A DNA stretch of 64,000 nt from a candidate division TM6 bacterium GW2011_GWF2_28_16 (GTDB lineage: Bacteria; Patescibacteriota; Microgenomatia; UBA1400; PJMF01), in the NCBI GenBank assembly GCA_001029715.1, contig CP011212.1:462936-526935 (forward strand), given 5' to 3'. Position numbers and translations under genes: made by a program. A model generated the notes under the pieces. It made no database searches and had not been told where the DNA came from. It saw only the letters and a list, made by a program, of their open reading frames with translations. Below are positions 40,183 to 46,986 of this stretch, in pieces. Positions within the stretch are counted from its first letter, which is position 1. The number at the start of each line of letters is the position of its first letter.

Positions 40183-41476
40183 TTACAAAATTAAAGATAT
40201 AAAGTTGGCGGAGTGGGGACGAAGAGAAATCACTTTGGCAGAAAAAGAAATGCCTGGTCTTATGGCCATTCGCCAAGAATATCAGGCGCAGCAACCTCTC
40301 AAGGGGGCTCGCATTGCCGGTTCATTGCACATGACCATTCAAACTGCCGTGCTTATTGAAACCTTGGTTGCTTTGGGAGCAGAAGTCCGTTGGGCTTCTT
40401 GTAATATTTTTTCTACTCAAGATCACGCCGCTGCCGCCATTGCTACTGACGGCATCCCAGTTTTTGCTTGGAAAGGTGAAACAGAAGAAGAATATTGGTG
40501 GACCACTGAACAGACTCTTCAATTTAAGGATAATAAGAGTAAATTAATTGGACCAAATATGATTTTGGATGATGGTGGAGACTTAACTGGCTTAGTTCAC
40601 AAAAAGTTTCCGGAACTATTGAAAGAAATTAAAGGTGTTTCAGAAGAAACCACTACGGGAGTGCATCATCTCTATCAAATGCTTCAAGACAAAACCCTGC
40701 GTATCCCTGCTATCAACGTTAATGACAGCGTCACTAAATCTAAATTTGACAATTTATACGGCTGCCGCGAGTCTCTAGTTGACGGCATTCGTCGTGCCAC
40801 TGACGTTATGATTGCTGGTAAAGTTGCTTTTGTGGCCGGTTTTGGCGATGTTGGTAAAGGTAGCGCTCAATCTTTGCGCAACAATGGCGCTCGAGTGATT
40901 GTTGGCGAAATTGATCCTATCTGCGCTCTCCAAGCCGCCATGGAAGGCTATGAGGTCAAACGTATTGAAGAAGTTCTTGATGAAGTGGATATTTTTGTCA
41001 CTGCCACTGGTTGTAAAGATGTCATTCGCATCGAACATCTGTCTAAAATGAAGGATACCGCTATTGTCTGTAATATTGGACACTTTGATATTGAAATTCA
41101 AGTTGATGCTTTGAATAAATACAAGGGCATTAAAAAAACTCAGATCAAACCTCAGGTAGATTTATATACTTTTCCAGATGGGCATCGCTTGATTTTGTTA
41201 GCAGAGGGTCGCTTGGTTAATTTAGGTTGTGCCATGGGACATCCTTCTTTTGTGATGTCTAATTCTTTCAGCAATCAAGTTTTAGCTCAAATCGAACTAT
41301 TCAATAAACCACATGAAGTTGGAGTTTATCGTTTGCCTAAGGAACTAGATGAAAAAGTAGCTGCCCTGCACTTGGAAGCCATTGGCGTACACTTGAGCAA
41401 GCTTAGTAAAGAACAGGCAGAATATCTTGGAGTAAAACAAAAAGGGCCATTTAAAGCTGATCATTATAGATATTGA
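40160..41476 (+). CDS. ahcY: S-adenosylhomocysteine hydrolase
   Basis: [50 protein letters not shown]-terminal HYRY; start moved to 40160. Confidence 0.98.
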   Translation: MAKNVQTDYKIKDIKLAEWGRREITLAEKEMPGLMAIRQEYQAQQPLKGARIAGSLHMTIQTAVLIETLVALGAEVRWASCNIFSTQDHAAAAIATDGIPVFAWKGETEEEYWWTTEQTLQFKDNKSKLIGPNMILDDGGDLTGLVHKKFPELLKEIKGVSEETTTGVHHLYQMLQDKTLRIPAINVNDSVTKSKFDNLYGCRESLVDGIRRATDVMIAGKVAFVAGFGDVGKGSAQSLRNNGARVIVGEIDPICALQAAMEGYEVKRIEEVLDEVDIFVTATGCKDVIRIEHLSKMKDTAIVCNIGHFDIEIQVDALNKYKGIKKTQIKPQVDLYTFPDGHRLILLAEGRLVNLGCAMGHPSFVMSNSFSNQVLAQIELFNKPHEVGVYRLPKELDEKVAALHLEAIGVHLSKLSKEQAEYLGVKQKGPFKADHYRY

Positions 41477-41497
41477 GCCAACTGCTACAATAAACAA

Positions 41498-42394
41498 ATG
41501 CTAAAACGTTTTCTTTATCAATTGCGTCGCTTGCTTTACTGGCCACTGCGTGATTTTGCTTACCTAACGCATCCGCTTTTTAACGCCAACAGTAGCTCTG
41601 ATCAACTTTCGCAAAAACAAATCCTCAATCAATATCTATCCATGCGTAAGGCCGGGCTTTTGCCTTTACCCATCAGCCAAGTTGGCTGGCGAGCTTTTTC
41701 CCAATTCGATGAAGACGGTATCTTGCTCTACATCTTCAGCATTATTGGTAGCAGCAATCGTCTAGCTGTGGAAATTGGGGCTGATTGTGAGAGTGATTTT
41801 TTTCAATTTCCAGAAAGCAATACCACTAATCTGCTGGTTAATCATGATTGGCAGGGTCTGATCATCGATGCTTCCAAGAGAAACATCAAAAAGCTCAAAA
41901 GATTCTTTCGCAACTGCAAAAGCACCACTTATAAGCCGCCTGTTTTACTGCAAGCCTTGGTTAATCGCCAAAACATCAATCACCTGATCAAAAAAGCTGG
42001 TTTCACTGGCGAAATCGATCTTTTTTCTCTCGACGTTGACAGTAATGATTATTGGCTTTTTCAAACCCTTGAAGTTATTAAGCCTCGGGTCTTAGTCTTA
42101 GAATTTAACCAGTTCTGGCAAAGTAAAGACGCCGTCACTATTCCTTATCAAAACGACTTAGATGCTTTCCTAAAATTACGCCAAAAAAATCCTAGTTACT
42201 TTGGTGCCTCACTCGCTGCCATGGTCAAACTCGCCAAGCAAAAAGGGTATCGCTTAGTCGCCCTCAACAGTTTTGGCCACAATGCTTTTTTTGTAAGAAA
42301 AGATTTAGGATTGAAATTTTTACCGACTTTGCCAGTTAAATATACTGTAAAACAAGTGGCGCCTAGTCATGACTTGAAGTGGATGGAGGTGTAA
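41498..42394 (+). CDS. FkbM-related methyltransferase-like protein
   Basis: FSQFDEDGI, VEIGA, SLDVDSNDYW, PRVLVLEFN, NAFFVR. Confidence 0.65.
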   Translation: MLKRFLYQLRRLLYWPLRDFAYLTHPLFNANSSSDQLSQKQILNQYLSMRKAGLLPLPISQVGWRAFSQFDEDGILLYIFSIIGSSNRLAVEIGADCESDFFQFPESNTTNLLVNHDWQGLIIDASKRNIKKLKRFFRNCKSTTYKPPVLLQALVNRQNINHLIKKAGFTGEIDLFSLDVDSNDYWLFQTLEVIKPRVLVLEFNQFWQSKDAVTIPYQNDLDAFLKLRQKNPSYFGASLAAMVKLAKQKGYRLVALNSFGHNAFFVRKDLGLKFLPTLPVKYTVKQVAPSHDLKWMEV

Positions 42395-42401
42395 AAATAT
42401 T

Positions 42402-42662
42402 TCATTTATAAAGCTGATTGTGTGTTCCAAGAGCGATAAATAAAACTTCATTGTCACTAATTGGTGCATAAATTGCTCGCCAATCACCAGTAATATTAAT
42501 ACTGTAATAGTCAGTATATTCACCAACTAGCGAATGATTGCGGAGTGAAGGGTCTAGAGGATTTTGACTAAAAATTTCTATTCTTTTAATTAACTGAGTT
42601 TTGATTTTTTGTGGAGATTTTTTAAATTGTTTAATGAAGTTTTTGTTGTAATTAACGATCAT
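42402..42662 (-). CDS. YafQ/RelE-family toxin
   Basis: NPLDPSLRNHSLVG, SINITGDWRAIY, LGTHNQLY. Confidence 0.9.
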   Translation of the reverse strand: MIVNYNKNFIKQFKKSPQKIKTQLIKRIEIFSQNPLDPSLRNHSLVGEYTDYYSINITGDWRAIYAPISDNEVLFIALGTHNQLYK

Positions 42663-42936
42663 TACTTTGCTTTTTCAGAAAATCTAAAGATTGTTCTTTG
42701 GAGGCAAATTTATAATAATCACCAGTTTTTAGGTCTTTTTGGGCCTGTTGCATTTGCTCAAGCAACCAAGCTGAAGGAGCTTCGCCTGTTGAGAAGGCCA
42801 CTGTCTTAGTACGAGTAACATTTTTAAGAAATGCCTTAATTAAGGAACTAAGGGAGAAACCTAGTTCTTCGGCAACTTTTTGCGCCGATTCTTTAAGTTC
42901 TTGATCAGTACGAATTTGAATGACTGCATTATTCAT
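42652..42936 (-). CDS. RelB/DinJ-family antitoxin
   Basis: IQIRTDQELKESAQKVAEELGFSLSSLIKAFL; overlaps toxin; start moved to 42936. Confidence 0.88.
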   Translation of the reverse strand: MNNAVIQIRTDQELKESAQKVAEELGFSLSSLIKAFLKNVTRTKTVAFSTGEAPSAWLLEQMQQAQKDLKTGDYYKFASKEQSLDFLKKQSNDR

Positions 42937-42945
42937 AATTTCTTG

Positions 42946-42975
42946 ATTGTAATGCAAATGTAATGAATTTGTCAA
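42946..42975 (-). promoter_or_regulatory. TA promoter with tandem CATTACA repeats (putative operator)
   Basis: TTGACA-18-TACAAT; CATTACA twice with 11-bp period (42948-42954, 42959-42965). Confidence 0.65.
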
Positions 42976-43094
42976 TACTCCGTCAAGTTTTGTATCCATA
43001 ATATTCATTATCTCAATTTAAGGTTGCTTTAAGTGTGATCGTTAAAGACTTGCCCAATCTTGTTTTATCTCTTCAAACTCTCTATCATAATCTT

Positions 43095-44363
43095 ATGTTC
43101 GCTATAATTAGCAAATTACGCCAATCAGAAGGCTTAAAACATTCAGTTTTGACTATTTTCTCTTATGGTTTGGCCTCTGCTTTTTCTGCTTTGGCTGTTA
43201 TTTTAATTTCGCGCTTACTTGGGCCAACTAGTTTTGCTGATTTTTCAGTGGCTTTTTCATTGTCTCTGATTCTCAATCGCCTCAATGACTTTGGTCTCTC
43301 CATGGTGATTCAAAAAATCGTTGGAGGAGAGTGGCGCCGTCCCAAAATCAATGCTTACTTGTCTTTAATTTTGAAGTATCGTCTGGTTATTTCCATTTTG
43401 TTAATTTTACTCGGCTTGGTTTTTTCAGGCGCAATTTCAAATTATCTACAAATTAGCAATCAAGTCCTCATTCCTCTAACTTTTCTTTTCAGTCTCTCCG
43501 TCACTTATTTCGAATCTGCTCAAATTACTTTACAAAGTCTGGGAAAGTTTAAGATCGCTGCCTACAACTATTTACTGCCTTCTTTCATTAAATTTAGCTT
43601 AGCCTTAATTATCTTTTTACTAAAAATTACAGATGTTCAATTAATTCTAGTTATTTATTTGCTCAGTACTTTACCAAGCTTACTAATCGCTGAATTTCTT
43701 AAGCCTAAGTGGATTAAATATGAGCTTGGTCAAAAATTCAAAAAAGAGCAAGGCAAAGTTCTCCAGTTGCTCAAGCACTCGGCTTTTGCCATCATTGCTG
43801 CTGGCATTATCGAAAATATGGATGTTCTTTTTGCCAAACATTATTTGTCTTCCTATGAGGCTGGTCTACTGGCAGGGGTCAACCGTATTGCCATGCTACT
43901 ATATGTAGTAGCATACGCTCTCGCCAATGTCTTAAATCCTCGAGCAGCAACTTATAAAAACCGTGCTAATTTTGATTCATTTCTCAAAAAGGCTTGGGGC
44001 ATCACTGCCTTAGCTGTTTTTGCTTTCTTTTTGAGTTTACCCTTTGCTCCTTTACTCATTCATTGGACTATTGGCCCCGCTTACGCAGGTGGTAGTGAAA
44101 TCTTAGTTGTTCTCTTAGCAGCTGGTTTTATTAGTATTGCTTTAATGCCTTTCATCGCCACTTTTTACGCTTTCAAAAGCAATCTCTATTTCTCACTCAG
44201 CGCCATACTGCAATTAGTTATTGTTCTTGTTGGAAATTTTTATTTTGTCCCAAAACTCGGGCTCACTGCCAGTGTCTATACTCGTTTGATTGCTCGCATA
44301 GCCTTGTTGGTCTTTACTTGGCTAATGTTGTGGATAAACTACAGGCGAGAATTTAAAAAATAA
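43095..44363 (+). CDS. Wzx-like flippase
   Basis: ISRLLGP..F, DFGLS, D.LFAKHYL; about 12 TMs; start moved to 43095. Confidence 0.8.
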   Translation: MFAIISKLRQSEGLKHSVLTIFSYGLASAFSALAVILISRLLGPTSFADFSVAFSLSLILNRLNDFGLSMVIQKIVGGEWRRPKINAYLSLILKYRLVISILLILLGLVFSGAISNYLQISNQVLIPLTFLFSLSVTYFESAQITLQSLGKFKIAAYNYLLPSFIKFSLALIIFLLKITDVQLILVIYLLSTLPSLLIAEFLKPKWIKYELGQKFKKEQGKVLQLLKHSAFAIIAAGIIENMDVLFAKHYLSSYEAGLLAGVNRIAMLLYVVAYALANVLNPRAATYKNRANFDSFLKKAWGITALAVFAFFLSLPFAPLLIHWTIGPAYAGGSEILVVLLAAGFISIALMPFIATFYAFKSNLYFSLSAILQLVIVLVGNFYFVPKLGLTASVYTRLIARIALLVFTWLMLWINYRREFKK

Positions 44364-44368
44364 GCTAG

Positions 44369-44827
44369 TTAGCTTGTTTCCAAAGGAGAATCATCTTCTT
44401 TAGGAGTCTCGATCATCTCTCTTATACTGCTTACCTCACCTCCTTCTGTTTGTCTTGAAATCATTGCTTTAAATGCTGGAGCGTGTTTCGCATTTAACCA
44501 AGCATAAACTTCTGAGTCATATTTTCCTAAGAGAATAGCCATTACTTTATTTTTGTCTTTTCTTTGCAAGTTATAAATGAAGTTAGGTGCACCTAAAACA
44601 TCGTTGACCATTCTTACCACGGCTTCACTCGCATCATAAAGCAAAATCCCTCCAGCAGAGAGATAAACTCCTTCTACGTTTTCTTTACCAATCTTCAATT
44701 CAAAACCTTCTCCAAGATCATTTTCACTTGAAAGAGGAGTAATTTTTCCTCTTATTTCTATTCCTTTGATAGATCTTTCAAATAAGCTGCGAATTCCATC
44801 AAAAGTCTGTGTTTGTTCTTTTTCCAT
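44369..44827 (-). CDS. Hypothetical (orphan) protein, 152 aa
   Basis: AGGA SD; promoter TTGTTA-17-TACACT upstream; no recognised motif. Confidence 0.7.
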   Translation of the reverse strand: MEKEQTQTFDGIRSLFERSIKGIEIRGKITPLSSENDLGEGFELKIGKENVEGVYLSAGGILLYDASEAVVRMVNDVLGAPNFIYNLQRKDKNKVMAILLGKYDSEVYAWLNAKHAPAFKAMISRQTEGGEVSSIREMIETPKEDDSPLETS

Positions 44828-44896
44828 TTTTAATCCTATTTAATTTATTGCTACTTGGAAGAGTGTATCAAAAGAAAACAGACTTAACAAGAAAAT

Positions 44897-44923
44897 AAAA
44901 AACCACTTATAAAAAGTGGTTTT
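44897..44923 (-). terminator. Intrinsic terminator
   Basis: Minus strand AAAACCACTT-tttat-AAGTGGTTTT followed by further T. Confidence 0.7.
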
Positions 44924-44962
44924 GAATGATTTGGGGTTTTCCCCGACCATGCCTACGAAACT
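44897..44962 (-). ncRNA. Predicted ~65-nt small RNA (or 3' trailer) complementary to the anticodon arm of the adjacent tRNA-like gene
   Basis: GUUUCGUAGGCAUGGUCG pairs 18/18 (3 G-U) with 45043-45060; bounded by a promoter and a terminator. Confidence 0.6.
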
Positions 44963-44968
44963 ATTTTT

Positions 44969-44996
44969 AGTATACATTTTTATTTAAATTTTTCAA
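44969..44996 (-). promoter_or_regulatory. Sigma70-type promoter for the predicted small RNA
   Basis: TTGAAA(44996-44991)-16-TATACT(44974-44969); predicted +1 at about 44962-44961. Confidence 0.55.
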
Positions 44997-45007
44997 GCTC
45001 AAAAACT

Positions 45008-45079
45008 TGGTGGACCGGAGGGGAATCAAACCCCCAAACCATGTTTCGTAGACATAATCGCACATCAGTGCTCCGGCCC
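45008..45079 (-). tRNA. Non-canonical 72-nt tRNA-like gene, anticodon ACG (Arg), G3:U70 and A73, encoded CCA
   Basis: GGGCCGG A GCAC-UGAU-GUGC G AUUAUGU-CUACGAA-ACAUGGU UU GGGGG-UUUGAUU-CCCCU CCGGUCC A CCA; all four stems pair. Confidence 0.85.
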
Positions 45080-45175
45080 ATACCTTTATTATCTAAGTCT
45101 AACTTTTCAAGAAGTGTGACAATCTATAACTTCCTCTCCCATCCTTCTCAGATCTTTGCTAAAATCAGCATACTT

Positions 45176-46183
45176 ATGTTTGAATACTTAAATGGCAAAA
45201 CAATTTTAGTAACTGGCGGTGCTGGCTTTGTGGCTTCACACATTTGTGATGCCCTTCTAGAAGCTGGAGCGACGGTCATAGCAGTCGATAATTTCATCAC
45301 TGGTAGAAGAGAGAACATTGCCCATTTAGAAGAACAAGAAAATTTTCACTTAGTCGAAGCTGACGTTAGTATTCCTACCGCGGATTATTTAGATGTTTTT
45401 CTTGATCAAATGCGCGCCACTGCTCCAGAAAAAGCCAAGATTGACGCTATCATGCATTTTGCTTCTCCAGCTAGTCCACCTGTTTATCAGGAATATCCTG
45501 TAGAGACATATCTGGTCAATTCACTCGGCACACATAATCTTTTAACTTATTTAGAAAAAAATTATCCAGAGGCTCGCTTTCTTTTTGCTAGTACTTCTGA
45601 AGTCTATGGCGATCCAGCCATTCATCCTCAAAAAGAAGATTACTGGGGCAATGTTAACCCAAATGGAGAGCGCTCCTGTTATGACGAGGCTAAACGCCTT
45701 GGAGAGACCATTTGTGGCGTCTTTACTCGTAAGTTCCAGTTGGACGTCCGTATTATTCGTATCTTTAATACCTATGGTCCCAGAATGCGTGATGATGACG
45801 GTCGCATTTTGCCAACTTTTATTAATCAGGCTCTGCAAAAAGAAGCTTTGACTGTTTATGGCGATGGCAAGCAAACTCGTTCTTACTGCTATGTTAGCGA
45901 CTTAGTCAAAGGCATTTTGCTCATGCTTAGTAAAGAGGGCTTGGCGGGTCAAACCATCAACTTAGGCAATCCAGATGAATACACTGTCTTAGAAACCGCC
46001 GTCTTGGTGCAAAAAATCATTAATGACAGCGTCACTCAAGAAAATATTATCTTTAAAAACCTCCCAGCCGACGACCCAACTCGCCGCAAACCAGATATTA
46101 GCAAAGCCATCGAGCTACTTAACTGGCAGCCAGAAGTAGATTTTCGCACTGGCCTAGCTAAGATGATCGAGTACTTCAAGTAA
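45176..46183 (+). CDS. UDP-glucuronate decarboxylase (UDP-xylose synthase)-like SDR
   Basis: TGGAGFV, HFASPASP, ASTSEVYGDP, YWGNVNP, YDEAKR, RIFNTYGPRM, DDPTRRKPDI; start moved to 45176. Confidence 0.92.
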   Translation: MFEYLNGKTILVTGGAGFVASHICDALLEAGATVIAVDNFITGRRENIAHLEEQENFHLVEADVSIPTADYLDVFLDQMRATAPEKAKIDAIMHFASPASPPVYQEYPVETYLVNSLGTHNLLTYLEKNYPEARFLFASTSEVYGDPAIHPQKEDYWGNVNPNGERSCYDEAKRLGETICGVFTRKFQLDVRIIRIFNTYGPRMRDDDGRILPTFINQALQKEALTVYGDGKQTRSYCYVSDLVKGILLMLSKEGLAGQTINLGNPDEYTVLETAVLVQKIINDSVTQENIIFKNLPADDPTRRKPDISKAIELLNWQPEVDFRTGLAKMIEYFK

Positions 46184-46241
46184 CGTCTTATAACTTTGCT
46201 ATTTTTGATATATTCCTATATAATTCGATCTGTATAAGACG
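46181..46241 (+). promoter_or_regulatory. Sigma70-type promoter with TAACGTCTTATAA motif and flanking 9-bp inverted repeat
   Basis: TTGCTA(46196-46201)-17-TATAAT(46219-46224); CGTCTTATA(46184-46192)/TATAAGACG(46233-46241). Confidence 0.65.
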
Positions 46242-46290
46242 ATAAATTGAGATAATTGCTATCCCTATTTTTAAATCTTATTTCTTTAAT

Positions 46291-46376
46291 TGTTCTTTAA
46301 AAATTTGCGAAAAGACAGGTTATTAAGCAAAGAGCATTTTGAATAGAAAAACTTCTATTTAGAGTGCTCTTTGTTT
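46291..46376 (+). promoter_or_regulatory. boxA-like element plus 21-bp leader hairpin
   Basis: TGTTCTTTAAAA 46291-46302; CAAAGAGCATTTTGAATAGAA-aaac-TTCTATTTAGAGTGCTCTTTG (3 G-U) then TTTT. Confidence 0.6.
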
Positions 46377-46419
46377 TCAGAGCCCGTGAAAAAACACTAG
46401 ACAATATAAAGGAGAAGCA

Positions 46420-46890
46420 ATGAGTGACATAAGTGGAAAAATAAATTCAATCAGGTATGGACAAGATTTTATTTTGTTAAGAATGGATAATCTGACTGCG
46501 TTTCAGATTTTCCAAACAGCAGGTCTGGTTATAAACAATGAACGGTACATTAACCACAACGCGGTTTCATCAAGTCTCATCGGCAATATAGCCGATGGGA
46601 TGTTAAAGCTTGAAACATCGAATATCTTTTCGGTAGAAAAAACATTTTTAAATTCTATCGAGGGAGACATAGCTATTGTTAGTGAAAAAACAGCAGTGAT
46701 GCTGTTTTTAGCTAACCAAGAAGGAATCAACAGGATCGAGCCGAGTAGAGTGTTCGATCCAACTATCCAGGTTCTTTTTGATAGGCCAATATATGTGGCC
46801 AAATCGGATAGAATGGATAATGGCTCCACTCATGTAGTGAAGTGCTACCAAGGAAACAAGTTTTTAAAAGAATTTCCGCTCGTTTTTTAA
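46420..46890 (+). CDS. Hypothetical (orphan) protein, 156 aa
   Basis: AAGGAG SD, own promoter and terminator; no recognised motif. Confidence 0.75.
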   Translation: MSDISGKINSIRYGQDFILLRMDNLTAFQIFQTAGLVINNERYINHNAVSSSLIGNIADGMLKLETSNIFSVEKTFLNSIEGDIAIVSEKTAVMLFLANQEGINRIEPSRVFDPTIQVLFDRPIYVAKSDRMDNGSTHVVKCYQGNKFLKEFPLVF

Positions 46891-46907
46891 CGCAAATTTG
46901 CAAGAAC

Positions 46908-46937
46908 AAAAAGCGACCCTCCAATGGGTCGCTTTTT
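46908..46937 (+). terminator. Intrinsic (bidirectional-type) terminator
   Basis: AAAAAGCGACCC-tccaat-GGGTCGCTTTTT. Confidence 0.85.
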
Positions 46938-46986
46938 ACGTTATCCTCTTGGCTTTCAACACAAATCACGGCATAATGAGTTAATC

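Noticed and set aside
40160-41476. Genome-wide reassignment of CGN codons to Ala
   Set aside because: Conserved Arg positions in AhcY are encoded by CGC/CGT (YGCRESL, GIRRAT), so CGN still means Arg.
45008-45040. tRNA 3' end as an integration (att) site
   Set aside because: No direct repeat of this sequence and no integrase noticed in the window.
45008-45079. tmRNA (G3:U70 and ACCA end resemble the ssrA tRNA-like domain)
   Set aside because: The element closes in 72 nt with a D stem and a 7-nt anticodon loop. There is no tag reading frame or pseudoknot region, and the order is not that of a permuted two-piece tmRNA.
45041-45175. N-terminal extension of the 380-aa ORF
   Set aside because: It overlaps the tRNA-like gene, and SDR homology begins after ATG 45176.
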